A DNA stretch of 63,739 nt, counting the filler, from Folioceros fuciformis (taxonomy: Eukaryota): assembly GCA_049999805.1 (NCBI GenBank). It is 7 parts of 6 records of this genome, joined end to end, with 100 filler letters (N's around TTAATTAATTAA, not from the genome) between each part and the next. Parts side by side here need not be neighbours in the genome. Positions count along the whole stretch, not along the records: positions 1 to 25,317 come from JBNGIO010006088.1; 6 more parts are not named here. One strand, 5' to 3'. Shown one piece after another: positions 11,712 through 25,417 of the stretch; position 1 is the stretch's first letter; every line of letters begins with the position of its first letter. The notes under the pieces were generated by a model that was not told the origin of the DNA, searched no databases, and was given only the letters and a program-made list of their open reading frames with translations. Both the position numbers and the translations under genes were made by a program.

Positions 11712-14087
11712 ATGCCTGAGATCCCGCCTAAGGGTGGCACGCCTATGGCGGCTGAGGTATAACTTCTTTCTTGGATTTGATAATGATCGTGTGAAATGGT
11801 GTGGTGATCGAGGGCTTTTCGGGTGTGGATGTCAGGAGTTTGCGGATGACGAAGATGGGGGTCAAGAGGTCTATCTTACATTGGAAGACATCTTGCGAGA
11901 AATTCCCATCGATGAAGAAGGTGAGCTCTGAGATCTTGTGGTTGCTGCAGAGCCATCTTTTTCCTTCAGAGGTGGTTTCGAGTTACCTGTCTGTTTTCCA
12001 TATCTTGAGGAGTTTGAATGGTATCGCTGACTCTCCCCTTCTGTGTTTATGGACAGAATTGCCCGACTTCGAGCCTGAAGACTATGCAGAGCAAGAGGAG
12101 TCTGACATGGTTGAAGGCGAGGGTGGTGGTTTTTGCCCTCCTGTCTTTGTAAATCATTACTTTTCTTATGTGAATGGAAATCTAGGTACTGGTATGAAAC
12201 TCTCAGTCGTTTCACCTTGTCTATATTGTGCAGATGAGGTGGAAGAAGATGACTCCTCCCACACATTCACCGGTCATGGTGCGTTGGTACATACAAAAGT
12301 AATGAGTTTATCCCGTCGTGTAAGGTTGGCTTGAAGATTGTACCTGACTCCTCCTGTTTGGGGTACTCGACAGGAGATTCTGTCTATGCTGTCGCCTGCC
12401 ACCCCACTGAGGCTGGATTAGTGGCGACTGGTGGAGGGGATGATAAAGCTTTTATTTGGAAAGTCGGGCAGGCTGATGCTCCTATACCACTGAGCGGTAT
12501 CTCGTTTTTCATGTTTCAGTTATTTGATGACCCTTTAGGATATCTGTCGCACCGCAGCTAGCAATGTTTTGGCACTCCTTGATTGGTGTGCAGGTCACAC
12601 GGATTCTGTGGCAGCGTTAGCCTTCAGCTCGGATGGCTTTCTCCTTGCCTCTGGAGGGTTAGATGGTGTTGTTAACATCTGGGAATCTTCAACGGGGAAG
12701 CTGAAGCATAGACTTGAAGGCCCTGGTGAAGATATCGAGGTAACAGAAGATGAAGTCTGGTGGCCGTTTGGAGCTCAAGTTGTGGACTTTTGGTCTTAGC
12801 CAGTATATTTATCTTCCCTTTAAACACTTGCAGTGGGTGAAATGGCATCCAAGGGGACACCTAGTCCTAGCAGGATCAGCTGATTATACAGCTTGGCTGT
12901 GGAATGCAGACAGTTCGGCCTGTCTACACGTCCTCTCTGGACACAGAGGTCCTGTTTCATGTGGGGGCTTCACACCAGATGGTATGGAGACATCGGTCGT
13001 TTTTGGAGCTGTCTTGGGTGTTAAACTTGTGAGTACAAGGTAATCACGTACCTGTCGTGTGACGTAGGTAGAACAATCTTGACGGGATCACAGGATGGTT
13101 CGCTCAGAATTTGGAATCCCAGGACAGGGGAGACGGTCTATGTCATAGAAGGTTTGTTATAACATGGCTATTCTTTCTGGAGGAAACATGGTGATAAAGT
13201 AGTTGGATTGACCATGTAACTTATTACTGCAGATCATGGCTACCATTCAGATGGTCTAACTTGTCTCAGCATCAGTGCTGACTCACGTCTGGCCATTACT
13301 GGGTCAACAGACAAATGTGCTTGTGTAGTCAACATTCAGAATGGAAAGGTCGGAAAGAGACCTCTTTGCTTTTTGCAGGATCAGGTCAATTTACGTAATG
13401 GACTATCTGCCATGGGTCACTAATTCTATCCTGATCGTGCAGGTTGTGGGGACCTTGGCAGGTCATGAAGGATTTGTGGAGGCTGTGGGTCTGCCAATTC
13501 AGGATCCATCCACTAAAGATCCTTACAATAGGTAAACTGCCTAGGAACTTTATGCTGGCAGATTGCCGCCCGTGAAAGGCTGGTCTGATTCAATTAGCTG
13601 TGTGTCCTTCAAAGGCTGCGATTGGCCGCAACAGGTGGGATGGATGGGAAGCTGATCATCTGGGATCTCGATACTCTTTCTTCACGCAGCATCTGTCAAC
13701 ATCAGGTGAAACACGGATTCCATAAAAGGAGCTTGGAGGCGAGAATTTTTCACCACTGACCTGTTCTGTTTGTCTTCGTTCCGAACAGGATGGTGTTGTT
13801 AAAGTGGTGTGGTCGCAGTCCCTGGAACGCATCTACACTGCTTGTCTGGACGGCAAAATAAGAGTCTGGGACGCTCGGACAGGGACCTGCGAGCGAACCT
13901 TCAGCGGTCACAGGGACAGCATTCGTGACTTCGCAGTCACAGCGTATGTTTTCTCACACCTTCTGCAAAAGTATGTAGTGTATTTGTTCACAAATCCTGA
14001 CTGCCCTTTATTGGTTTTGCTCACAGGGATGGGAGGTTCCTTCTCACCGGAGCTGACGATGAAACTGCCAGGGCGTTTGAGTTGTGA
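11712..14087 (+). CDS. WD40-repeat protein of the AAMP/SQT1 type (multi-exon)
   Basis: Acidic N-terminus (EFADDEDGGQEVYL), then WD repeats across GT-AG exons: VATGGGDDKAFIWK, GHTDSVAALAFSSDGFLLASGGLDG, WVKWHPRGHLVLAGSADYTAWLWN, DGKIRVWDARTG. Ends ADDETARAFEL*. Confidence 0.85.
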
Positions 14088-14380
14088 CGTGGCTACATCC
14101 ATCGATCTTAAAGCTGGGCACTACATCCAGCGAGGGCCTTGCTGCGTAGGTGCTGTCCAGCTAGCTTATACACACAAAGGATAAAAAGAGTGTACAGCTC
14201 CTAGTGCTTTGTTCCAATGGCTATCGCAAACCTACCGGGACTTTTTCCCGACATTTTCCTGAGCAATATATCCTCCATCACCGCAGCATCTGCATTGGGA
14301 GAGGAGCAAGACCTGCTCAGAGTGCCAGAGATATCCAACACGCTTCGCCAGGTACGGATAGCAGCAGAAGAGGTGTCCAA

Positions 14381-15741
14381 CTACTGGCTACCCATTGGAA
14401 ACCTCTTCAGTGCGTCCACCTTGCCATCAACATAGCGCTCCACGATCGCCACCATTCGCTCATACTTGTCCGGATGGTAATTGACATGGATGCTAACTGG
14501 CCTCCAGTTGTACTGGAAAGGCTTCTCCCTGAATTCTTTAAAGAGAACCTTGCTGTTAAGGAACAGCCAGAAATCGAGAACCCTCTTAGAAGCATGCAGC
14601 CCCTCGTAACCGGGATGAGATGGGAAGAAGAGCTCTTCGTTGAAGACTGCCTGATCCCAGGCGTTCTCCCTGGAGAGCCTGGAAGTCACTCTATCAAGCA
14701 GCTCAATGGAGGGTCGAGTTGCCCGGATGTAGAACAGTCCAGAGTTGAACACCCAAATGCGCATGGTGTGCGCATATCTGGACCAGCCCATGCTCGGGTC
14801 GTCAGACACATCGTCGAACCCGTAAGCTGTGTTGTTGTCGAAACCGTCAGTCATGCCTTCCACATCACAGTCTCTCGTTAGGTGAGGCCATGGATTCTGC
14901 AAGAACAAGATGTCGACATCGGACAGGAAGACATTGTAACCCAGCACCAGAAAGTCCCGCAGCAGATGGAACTTGAGTCCAGACACTGCATGGTTGTGGC
15001 CAGCATTCTGTTGTGCCCCGGATATGGTAGCATCCCGCCTGTAGTAAGGAACCTGGTGGTCATCCGCAAATTTCGCCATATCATCGTCCAGAGCCACCAC
15101 AAGCAAGTTAGTCACACCTACTCTCTGGAGACTCTCGAACCACAGCTTCACCATACGTTTCACGTGGCTGTCACATATGCCCACGACCAACTCGTTGTTC
15201 ACTGCAACCTCCTTCAAGATCTTGGCCAGTTCCGGGTTCACAGACTCATCAGGCTCCACCAGAGGCTGCGTCCGGAGACCCTTGACCTTCCCCGGCGGCC
15301 CTGCCTTCCCGGTAGGCAGGGCTGTGTTCAGCTGCTCCAGCACGACTTCCCTCTCCTTCTGCACAACTCCCAGTTGCCTCTTCAGGTCCAAAACCATCTG
15401 CTGCGCTTGGAAGCGCTCCTCCTCCAATTTGCGAACCTCCGTCTCCAGTTTGACCAACTTCCGTCGAATGATGGGATTCTGCAACCACAAACAGACGTCT
15501 CTAATGCTCCGATCGACCCAAAGGGCTCAAGATAGTCATAATCGGATGACAGCTGCACGCACACAGCTAGGTCTACCTGCGCATCGCTGTCGTTGTTTAG
15601 CTTCACGCGGGAGCTGAAGGAAACCGGATCCGCAGGGTAGAGCAAGGCTACAATCAAGCCCAAGCCCAGGCCCACTCCAACTGCATACAACACCGCCCAC
15701 CTTTTCCCCTTGGCGGGGAGGGCCTCCTTCCTACCCTTCAT
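14381..15741 (-). CDS. RRA: RRA-type extensin arabinosyltransferase (GT77), type II membrane protein, 2 exons
   Basis: N-terminal TM segment (VLYAVGVGLGLGLIVALLYP), one intron at about 15480-15576, a coiled coil, then the DxD motif FLSDVDILFLQNPW and DGFDNNTAYGFDDVSDDPSMGWSRYAHTMRIWVFNSG typical of RRA1-3. Confidence 0.92.
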
Positions 15742-16719
15742 CGCTCTCAGCTGTGTCTAAGCCCGCGGCATTCCCTTCGCATCACAGAGCCCACCACACG
15801 AGACGCGGGGTACGTCTGAACAGGCTCATATGGGACTCACCAACTCCTGCATATATGCTACATTGGGGAGCTTCTTAGCCAGAAACCGAGGCATAACAGA
15901 AGCTGAAGTGGGAGCACTAGAGGCCTTGCAAGTTGCTGCTTTCTCGGTCGCCTACAACCCAAGTGCATCTCTATTGCGTGGAAATTTGAGCCCCTGTTTG
16001 AAACCATTGTTTATTGGAACAGAAAACCGTGGGGTTTTCTGGTTGTGACCAGGTGGGATCTTCCCATCACGGACCTCGGTGGTACCGATGTGCCAAGACC
16101 GATTGCTGGATGACTTGCAGAAGTGGTCTCTTGATGGCTAGCGACAAGTTCCTCTGAGTGACCTTGCGTGCAGATGTTTTCCGAGGTGGGTGGTTCGAGG
16201 AAGCGATGGGAGATGGAGGGGATGCTCATGGAAGAATTGTGTGTCGCTCGGACGAATTCATGACTCCGTCAGGTTGCTCCTCTTCAGAGATTTGAGATTC
16301 GGTTGCCTGGTTCCGGGTCGGGGATATGTGAGGACAGTGATCTGGCTCTCTCGTCTCGTAGCCTGATCCGGGAAGAAGGGATAGCCTGGTTTTGTGGGTA
16401 GCAGGGAATGAAGGGTCCGAGAAGAGAGCGCTGTGGTTTGGTGCATTGGGCTCGAGGGAATTGCGTCGGATAGATCTGGGAAGCTCGGGGAGTGACAGTC
16501 AAGGAATAGAATTGGTGCCGAGCTGGAGTTCGGGAAGGTTGTTTGGGCAGGGGAGTGACAGGAGGGTTGTGGACAGCTGCTGCCTCTAATCTAGCTAGGT
16601 TGCACAATTTTCAGCTTTCCAGTTGCGAATTGGGTGCAGTTCCAGGATCCCCGTTCCTTCGGAAGGACAGACAATTGGTGAGGATTAAGTCTGCCTCTTA
16701 TGAGCATCGACCTCTGGAC

Positions 16720-19700
16720 ATGGCAACCAAGCTCAGCCATGCATCTCCGAAGAGGAGTCCAGGAAGTTTTGGGAAAAGGCATTACACAGCTATAGATGTG
16801 GACGAGCGGAGGAACAGAGTGAAATGTAGCCTGGCGTTCCCAACCGGATTAGACATCGATGGTGCTGCCAGTCTGCTAGAGGACAGCCTGCACCTGGATA
16901 AGGTTGGCCCCGTGACTGCAGCGATTCATGGTGACCGGATCATCTGGAGCAAAGCAGGAGGGAAGAAAATGGTATCACGCTCTGCAGCTGTGACTTCCTG
17001 ATAAATACATATGACTAAATAGCTGAATGAGTCTGGTGTGATGAAGCGCATTTTGGCTCTGTAGCTTGCATCCGTCAAGGGATTTGCCAGTGGGATAGCT
17101 GTGTGTGTATTGCATCGAGTGGAGGAATGGTGGTTGAGAATTACACATGTTGGCAGGATTCTGGCATCTGGAATTGTTGTACTCCTCCCAATGTAGACGA
17201 AGGTGCCACTGAACTTCTCATATCAGATATCTATGGGGTCCAATCATTAGGCTTGGGTCCTATCTTTAACTTCTCGCCTCTCCCATCGGTTTGCGGCATC
17301 TTTGACAACTCTTTCCTTGAGGTTGGTGATTTTTGTGATCATGGCAAAACTAGCATCGCCCAAATTTGTGTTGTTCTGCGATCATAGAATTACAAGAGCT
17401 GACTACTTGAGAATCTTTGACTCTTCTTCAGATGCATCGGTTTGTGGTTTACACTTTCAGCAGATCACCATCAGACCAGTGTCAATGGATACCCAGAACT
17501 TGTATATTTGGGCACGCCAGCGCCGAGGTAGCCCAAGTCTGGGTGGAACGCATCCATCAGATGCTGGAGAGGGACTTGAGAAGGCCAAAGAACTTACTGG
17601 TTGGTGCCTTTCAAGTTCTGATTTCTGCACCTTCATGTTTAGCCGGAGTTGAAGTTTGTGACATGGCTGGTTGAGACCAGGTTTTTGTCAATCCGTATGG
17701 AGGCAAGAAGCAGGCTGTTGATATCTGGGAGCAACTCGTCCCGCTTTTTGAACGCGCTGCAGTGAGGACTGAGGTTCGTGATTGTGCTTCTGCCAGTCCT
17801 GAGTGTTCGAGCACCAGTTCCTGTGACCAGGGATCGAAAGAACTCGTTACGCAATGTCTTGTAGGTTGTGATAACCCAAAAACAGGGGCACGCCCTCGAG
17901 ATACTGCAGAAAGCATCTGACGAGGAGCTTGAATCACGAGATGGAGTAGTCATTGTGGTGAGAGAATATCTGCCTTATTGGTACTGGGTGCTTGTTGCGC
18001 TGTCTTTGAAGCTAGTCGCCAAGTCTTAAGAGGTGTTCTTGTTCAAGGGTGGGGATGGTCTCTTTGGAGAGGTATTGAATGGACTGCTGGCCCACCGTCA
18101 CAAGACTTCTCCCGCCCCAAAGCCCAAGAGTGTCACCGAAATGTTGTCGGCAGCTGCAACTCTCAATAAAGCCCAACCATCCCAAGATGCAAACATAGTT
18201 CTCCATGAGGAGACTGACTCTCGAGTGGTGCTGGACAGAGAAGGGTTATGTCTTCAACGCCACGATCTGCAACCTCTTCTTCACATGACACAGAGTGAAG
18301 TGAAGAGCAGTCTTGGTTCTAATCCAGCATGTGATCCCAGGAATAAAACATCCCTGGCTGCAAAGGGATATGCAAGTGCATCCACTGGCACTGGACAGTC
18401 TCCTATATTAGCTGAATCTCATGCCACCAAAACAGCAAGAGGTACGTACTCCATGCATACGGTCTGTTGATCGAAACACTCGTGACAGTGTTTGCACATA
18501 ACTTCATAGGCTGATTTTGCAGGATCTAGTGAATCCAAGAGAGCTCTGCTGTCTACCCATGACACCTACTCTTCAATGCCGAAGCTCCGAATAGGGCTGA
18601 TTCCTGCAGGATCAACAGATACTATTGTCATAAGGTTTGTGTTTTGTGGTAGTTTTGCTGCAGCCTCTGCATGTGCAGTGTTCTTTGGTTACAATTCATG
18701 TGGTACCCTTGATTCGTGACAGCACAACTGGCACACGGGATCCTGTCACTGCTGCACTGCACATCATACTGGGAGACAGGATGCCATTGGACATAGTCCG
18801 TCTATCAGGCTGGAAGAGACCTGATGATGATACCGAGGTCCCACGAGTCCTATACGCAGCCTCTTTTGCAGCGTAGGCAAACACTCACTGAGCTCTTTGA
18901 CAACTTGATTTCAGCAGAACCCTTTCTTTTGGCATGGGTGTAAAATGTCTCCATCTGTCTGTCCAGGTATGGATTCTATGGGGAGGTTGCACGTCAGAGT
19001 CAAGCACTTCGCTGGATGGGTCCAGTAAGATACGACTTTGCCGGATTTGAAGCCTTCATGCGGCACAGGTCTGGATGACCCATCCATGCTCTTGCTGCTG
19101 TGATTGTCTGACCAGTTTGACAGTTCCAGCACTGACGCCTTCCTGATTCTACGTCAGGAAGTTTGAGGCGGATATTTCATTTCTAGAAATGCCTGACAGT
19201 TACGCCAGCTCCAGCACTTTGCCTCACGGTCCTTGGCCACACCAAGAATCTGAGAGAATAAGGAGGTCTCTGAGGAAGGTTATATGCAGGATGAACTGCG
19301 GAATATGTGCCAAGGGGATGGATCTTTCCCATTTTGCTGACTACAGTGACAATGACACCGAAGAAAACAAAAACTACTCCTCTCGTCCAAGGTGGAGGAC
19401 ACTGGCACGAACTCACTTCCACAGCATCGGAGCTGCTGTGATGTCTTGTCGGAACGACAAGGCCCCTGCCGGTGTTTCAGCACACGCACACCTAGCAGAC
19501 GGGCTTTTACACCTCATCCTCATCCAGGACTGCTCACGATTCGACTACTTCCGGTAAGTCTCGTCTGGTGGCTTCAGGAACAGAAACCCTGAGCATTCTA
19601 AGCACTGGACTTGAGCCCAGCTGGAGCTTGCCGAAGTGTTGTGCTAACAATGAAGTGATACGACTCTCATTTCCCAACAGGCAACTTCTGAGGCTCACGA

Positions 19701-19986
19701 GAAAAACAGCTGATCCACTCAACTTCGGTTTCGTGCAACATTACAAGGTGAACTCCCGTCCAACACATGACTATGCTGCCTAGCAGAACTGACCTCAGTG
19801 GTACCCGGACAGAAGTCTCCAACCTCACTAACTCCTTGCTCTGTGCAGACTCCCGTTTTCACATTTGCTTCCCACGGCCGTGAAAGCGTATGGAGTGTAG
19901 ATGGAGAGATCTTTCGAGCCAATCAGCTCACAGCCCAGGTTTTCCGTGGACTGATTGATATTTTCGCCAGGGGCCCAGAAGTGTAG
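16720..19986 (+). CDS. CERK: Ceramide kinase (ACD5/CERK, DAGK-like catalytic domain; multi-exon)
   Basis: Exonic motifs RRPKNLL-VFVNPYGGK, GGDGLFGEVLNGLL, RIGLIPAGSTD, TTGTRDPVTAALHIILGD, GYGFYG, Cys-rich CRMNCGIC, SCRNDKAPAG..HAHLADG and the C-terminus IFARGPEV*. Confidence 0.92.
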
Positions 19987-20956
19987 GAAGCTTGGAATGT
20001 ATTGAACAGAGAGCCAGCACCCCAACAGTTGCCACCACCCTCGCCTCGCCCCGCACATCGCCAATTGGCCGTACAAAGACCCATATTTATCTTGTCTTCT
20101 GTGATTCTAGTGCTGTCACCACCTAACTTACTCATTCTCCATGTATCTACATCTTTCATCCCTGGAGCAAACCTGTTTGGAACATCGGCCGAACCTGTGC
20201 TGCAATCGAGACTTGTTCTCCGCTGCATGGTTACCAGATGTCTCTGTTCTTCCGGATGCATTAGCATGGACTGGTTCCTTAGGGCAGTGGGCAAGGACCG
20301 TCTCCTCCCCATCTCCCCAGTTGCGGGATAACAGGTCATCCGTATTCAGCAATCAAAGAACAGAGATCCCCTTATCGCTGATTCGCGGTGGAGATCCGAA
20401 AGAGATCACCTTATCGCCGACCACGCCTTTATTTCCTAGTGACTATAAGAACATATCAAATACACATTTGAAAGTGGACAACAACCTGACTCCCTAGACT
20501 GCGCCTCCATTGAAGGGCCTTTTTGGAGCCCTGGCCAGAAGCTAGGCTTGGGCACAAGCTCTAATCGAGCCGACATTCTCCAGGTTTTAATTCACCTTGT
20601 AAACCCCCCTTGTTGAGATCAAGGTACTAGTAATGTTATGCTTGTAAACCCCGCNNNNNNNNNNTTGTAAACCCCGCCTTGTTGAGATCAAGGTACTAGT
20701 AATGTTATGCTCCCTCGTTCAGGAGTTAATGAAGAAGCTTAATCTATATGCTTTCCTTGCATCATGGGTGTAGAAAACTTATCTATTTTAGAAGAACAAG
20801 ATGGCAAAACCCATCTACTTCCATAGAGGGAGATAAACCATGATAGAAACCTTTTATTTGATTCAAGACCGCAACATTCGAAGATGAGGCCACAAGAGAT
20901 CTTGAGGCTACAAGGCTCTAAGGCATGGCCTAGTTGTGAGTCTATGAGGCATACAC

Positions 20957-21326
20957 ACTACCAAGCATTGCTTGATTGTAAGGCATCCAAATTGCAAGGC
21001 TGCAAGGCATGGCTAAAGCATGTGATTCTAGTTACTAGAATGGGAGGCTTAGAGGGTGTTATTCAAAACAACAATGTGATTGCTATAGTGACATCTAGAG
21101 TTGGAAGAACAAATCAAAGCTTCAAAACTGGTTGGGTGCATACTACCAAGCATTGCTTGGTTATGAGGCATCCAAATTGCAAGGCTACAAGGCATGGCTA
21201 AAACATGTGATTCTAGTTACTAGAATGGGAGGCTTAGAGGGTGTCATTCAAAACAACAATGTGATTGCTATAGTGACATCTAGAGTTGGAAGAACAAATC
21301 AAAGCTTCAAAACTGGTTGGGTGCAC
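20957..21326. repeat. Tandem duplication, two ~185-bp units
   Basis: ACTACCAAGCATTGCTT...AAAACTGGTTGGGTGCA starts at 20957 and again at 21142. Confidence 0.85.
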
Positions 21327-21890
21327 ACAGGTTTGCTCACCACCAACATAGTCAATATAATGTAGCTAATTATAACTAAATATATAACTAAGTCATGTCT
21401 CCTTTAAGTCAATACACTTCATATTTGAACTTGTCTTTTCCAAAACTCTTAAATATATCATGAATTGCACAAAAGGTGATATCTAATTTAAGAAGCATGC
21501 TTGCAACGATAATTCCCTGTTAAAGGTTTTTTACATTGAATTATTCTCTTTTTTTTTGGGATGGATTTGTTTTTCTTTTGTTTCAAAACATAATTTTAAT
21601 ATTCTCTTGCAAGTGTAGCACGTGGAGTGATAAGGTTTTTGTTTTTCGAAACACAAAATATGCGCTGCGTCGCTGACGTCAAACTTGATATCCATTTGTG
21701 GAGGCAGGGAGATTTTATGTCGGATCTACCGGCCAAGGATGTATCCGTAGCAAACCAAATTTGAAAACACCGTAGACTACCTACGCGGCGGCGTTTTCTA
21801 TCTACCTCACCACACCGAGCTCGTTCGGAGCCAAAGTGGAGGTTTGCAATCGGGAAAGCGCAGGCCGGGTGCTGGACAAAGCAGCTGGCT

Positions 21891-24800
21891 ATGGCAGCGA
21901 TGGTTGCGGAGGCGGCAGCGGCAGCAGCGGCTGCGTCCACACCATCGCCGTGCCTGAGGAGCGCCTCTGCCAGTCCCGCCGCCGTGCTGCGCTCCTCCTT
22001 CCTCCCGCAGCTGCCGCCCCGGGGTCTTCGACCTGGTGCCAGACCCTGCGCCGATCCTTGGAAGCGATCCAGAGCTGTAGCGGCTGCGGGGGGGGCGGTG
22101 GAGGTCCTGGTGCGGGGAGCTGCGCAGATCGGGGCCGTGGGATGGGGCACCTCGTTGATTGTTCCAGCCGTGCTATGGTACGCCACAGCCAGGCCCGGGA
22201 GCGTGTCCGGGGTGCTGGATTTCGTCTACCAGCCGATTTATTCCCGAAATCTCGTAGTTTTCTCGGCGGAGGAGGTGCCATAAGTTTCCTTGTCCCTGTC
22301 TTGGATGAGACAATGCCGTAGGAAGAGTGTGGATGAATGCTTCGATTTGGCCGGCTTGAGATTTTACTTTCTTTTGTGCGAGATTGTGCAGCGGTTGTGG
22401 TTTTGGACTAGCTGATGGATGTGTTGTCGGTTTCTCAGGTGGAGCTGGGACGGCAGCTAGGGGAGGGGTCGTTCGGTGTGGTGTACGAAGGGTATGTCGG
22501 GAAGAACGAAAGGAACGGCAATGGGGAGAAGGATAGGCTTCATGTCGTCTTGAAGAAAGTGAAGGCCAAGGTGGAGGGAGCCTGTGAGGTGCACGATGCG
22601 GAAATGCACATGAACGAACGGGTGAAGCGGACCGCTCCTAACGCGTGTGCGGAGTACCTTGGGGCTATGCATGTGAGTGCGGATCAGGTGAAAGGACGCT
22701 TGACGGAGGGGTTGTGGCTGGTGTGGCGGTATCAGGGGGATCGGACCTTGCAGCATTACATGAGGCAGCGGAACTTTCCTGAGAACGTAGCAGAGGCAAT
22801 TCTCGGGGCGGGGGCCGTGGAGGGAAAGCGGGTTTCGAGGAAAGAGGTTGTGGAGTTTGAGTCGGCCATCGTGAGGAAAGTGATGTGCCAGATTTTGACA
22901 AGTCTGCACGAGCTTCACTCGTCGGGTGTGGTGCACAGGGATGTGAAGCCTTTGAACCTGGTGCTAGATCAGGAGAAAGGAGCATTTACACTGATAGATC
23001 TGGGTGCCTGCGTTGATCTGAGGTCGGGCTATAACTATCATCCGAAGGAGTCGATTATAGATCCGGTCTATGCCGCACCCGAACAGTATGTGATGCCAAC
23101 GTCTACTCCTCATCTCCCTCCTGATCCTCTCTGTTCCTTGATTTCCCCAGTTTTGTGGCTTCTCAATACCCCAGACAGATTCGATCTATATTCCACCGGC
23201 CTTGTTTTCCTACAGCTCTGCTTGAAGCCTCTCCGTAGTGACGTGGGACTGCAGGCCTTCAACATGGAGTTGAAGCGTGCGGATTATGACCTGGACGTTT
23301 GGCGAGAACAGGCTAGGATTCACAAAGATGAGTTCGCAATTCTGGATGCGGATAATGGTGCCGGCTGGGAGCTGGCGAAGGCCTTACTGCAGGAAACACG
23401 TTTCGAGGACGAGCTGGTTTGGCCCAGTCTTGGCGAAGATAGTAGGCCCTCTGCGTCGGGGGCGCTGAAGCACCGTTTCCTCAAACGCCATACGACTGCG
23501 ACCCGATTTTCTTTACCTAAAGCCCCCGCTGATGTGTTACCGCATTGGGAGTCTATCTTGCCACATCCAGGCGAAGCGAAGCGGCCAGAGCGAGGAGCCC
23601 CAGTTCATGCCGCCAAGGGGATTTCAGCGTCTGGGAAAACGGATGCCGGTCAAGTTCATTCGCGCGGGGCTGGGGTTAGCAACCAACGAGCTTCGGATGA
23701 TCACTGGGGTGCTGTATTTGCTGCAGCTGGGCTGGGCAAGAATGTGCCTGTCACTGTGGCTCGTGCCGAAGCTGAAGAGCATGCGGGAGGCAGCGCTAGC
23801 AGCAGTCAAGGTACGCACCTGATTTCAGGCGCGGTCTGGTCATGGTCTCCGGCTTCACAACGAAGGCCGTCAGAAGATGAGGATCTTGCAGCTGAGGCGT
23901 CTCGCAGTGGCACTGCTCAAGCGCCATCCTCAATTGCGAAGGATAGCAAGACTAAAGAGCATGTGGAAGGAATTGCGAGCAGTCATGGTCGTCAGAAAGA
24001 TGTGTTTGCAGGGTTGTTCTGGCCGTGGAATAGGATTTCACAAGAAAGCGTTTTGGCATCTCAAGATGGTGCTCCGAGTTCGGCATCGGGTGTTTCTGAC
24101 AGCAGCAGCGCCCACGTGCCTGCTCCAGGTCCTGCATGGCCGAGCGTAGGGGCACCAACAATTGCAGGTCCAGCTGTCGATATCGAGGATAGGAGTCAGA
24201 CAGTTCCGGCAGTGTATTCCCCTGTCGAAGACATGGACAAAGGTGCCGATGAGAAGGAGGCTGCACCTCCTGCCCCTGGCCAATTTGGTCCTGCAGGGCG
24301 GTCTGTTTTTGTTCCCGTAACCTCTGTTGCTGCAGGAGCAGCCGGTGTGGTTGCAGGCTGGTTGATGTTGGGAGCTTTCAAGACATCATCTGAATTCACG
24401 TTCGATATCGGTGGCCTTACTGATGCTGTGGGCATAAGCGGCTCCGCGTTTGTTGCATTTTTCTTTATAGTGAAGCCCCGGCTTGAGGATATGATGAAAG
24501 CAGAAAGAAAGGCGAAGTTGCGCAAGCAGAGAGCCGTTGCGACCGCAGGAGTGGTAGCAGAGTCGACAGCTATTCGGGAGATCATGGCAAGGAGTAGGCG
24601 AAACACAGGATCGCATAGCGCAGGACTGGTTGAAGCTATGCAGGCTCTGGATCAGCAGATGGCATCGTTGGAGGAGTCTATAGTTGCTGAACGACAGTAC
24701 GCTCTGGAGCAAATCCAAGTACTTTCCAAGGTGAAGAGTCTTTTGAATGGACGACCTCAGACCTTGTCCAGCCCCACAGAAAGCTTTCCGGACGAAGAGC

Positions 24801-24904
24801 GCCTTAGCAAGCCGTTCACAGACTTTCCGGACGGCGAGTCGCTTACCAAGCCATTCACAGAATACGTGGAATCGGCCGGAGTTACGGGCTACGTAGACCC
24901 ATAA
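21891..24904 (+). CDS. STN7/STN8 (STT7)-family thylakoid Ser/Thr kinase with long C-terminal extension, 2 exons
   Basis: Ala/Ser-rich transit-peptide-like N-terminus and a TM segment, intron at about 22276-22438, then kinase motifs GEGSFGVVY, VHRDVKPLN, IDLGACVDLRSGYNY, YAAPEQYVMP and SPVLWLLNTPDRFDLYS diagnostic of the STN family. Confidence 0.85.
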
Positions 24905-25317
24905 GTTAAGGGTTTTGTAGACCGTCCATCATAGTGCCCCTCACCCTCCCTAGTGTATTCCATCTCTCGGCTAACTTATTTGAAAGCCAAGTTGACTAGG
25001 ACCCGTCAACTTGGAACACTTAACCTTCAGATTTCATGCAGCGTCACTTTGTCCATGCACTTTCTTCTCCTCAGTTGAGATTCCCGATTGCCTACCGGCC
25101 CCTGCTTTGGTGCCAACCTTCACCCGCCTGCCGAGAGACACTGGAGATTGTCCATACCATCGACCAGCATATGTGATCATGTATAACGCACCTACAAATT
25201 CGCAAATGCCCGATTCAGGTAAACTTGTGATTCACACCGTCCCAATTCGCGCTTCTATGAAAGCAACGACGCAAGGTACAGGATTTTTCCGTTCCGTTTT
25301 CCAACAAAGTCGGGTTA

Positions 25318-25417
25318 NNNNNNNNNNNNNNNNNNNNNNNNNNNNNNNNNNNNNNNNNNNNTTAATTAATTAANNNNNNNNNNNNNNNNNNNNNNNNNNN
25401 NNNNNNNNNNNNNNNNN
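25318..25417. other. Artificial contig-joining linker N-TTAATTAATTAA-N (also at 42741-42840, 45584-45683, 57820-57919, 60135-60234, 62527-62626)
   Basis: The same 100-nt N block with a central six-frame stop cassette recurs six times. Confidence 0.95.

Noticed and set aside
25318-25417. Recurrent TTAATTAATTAA motif as a biological element
   Set aside because: Always centred in identical 100-nt N blocks, so it is an assembly concatenation linker.
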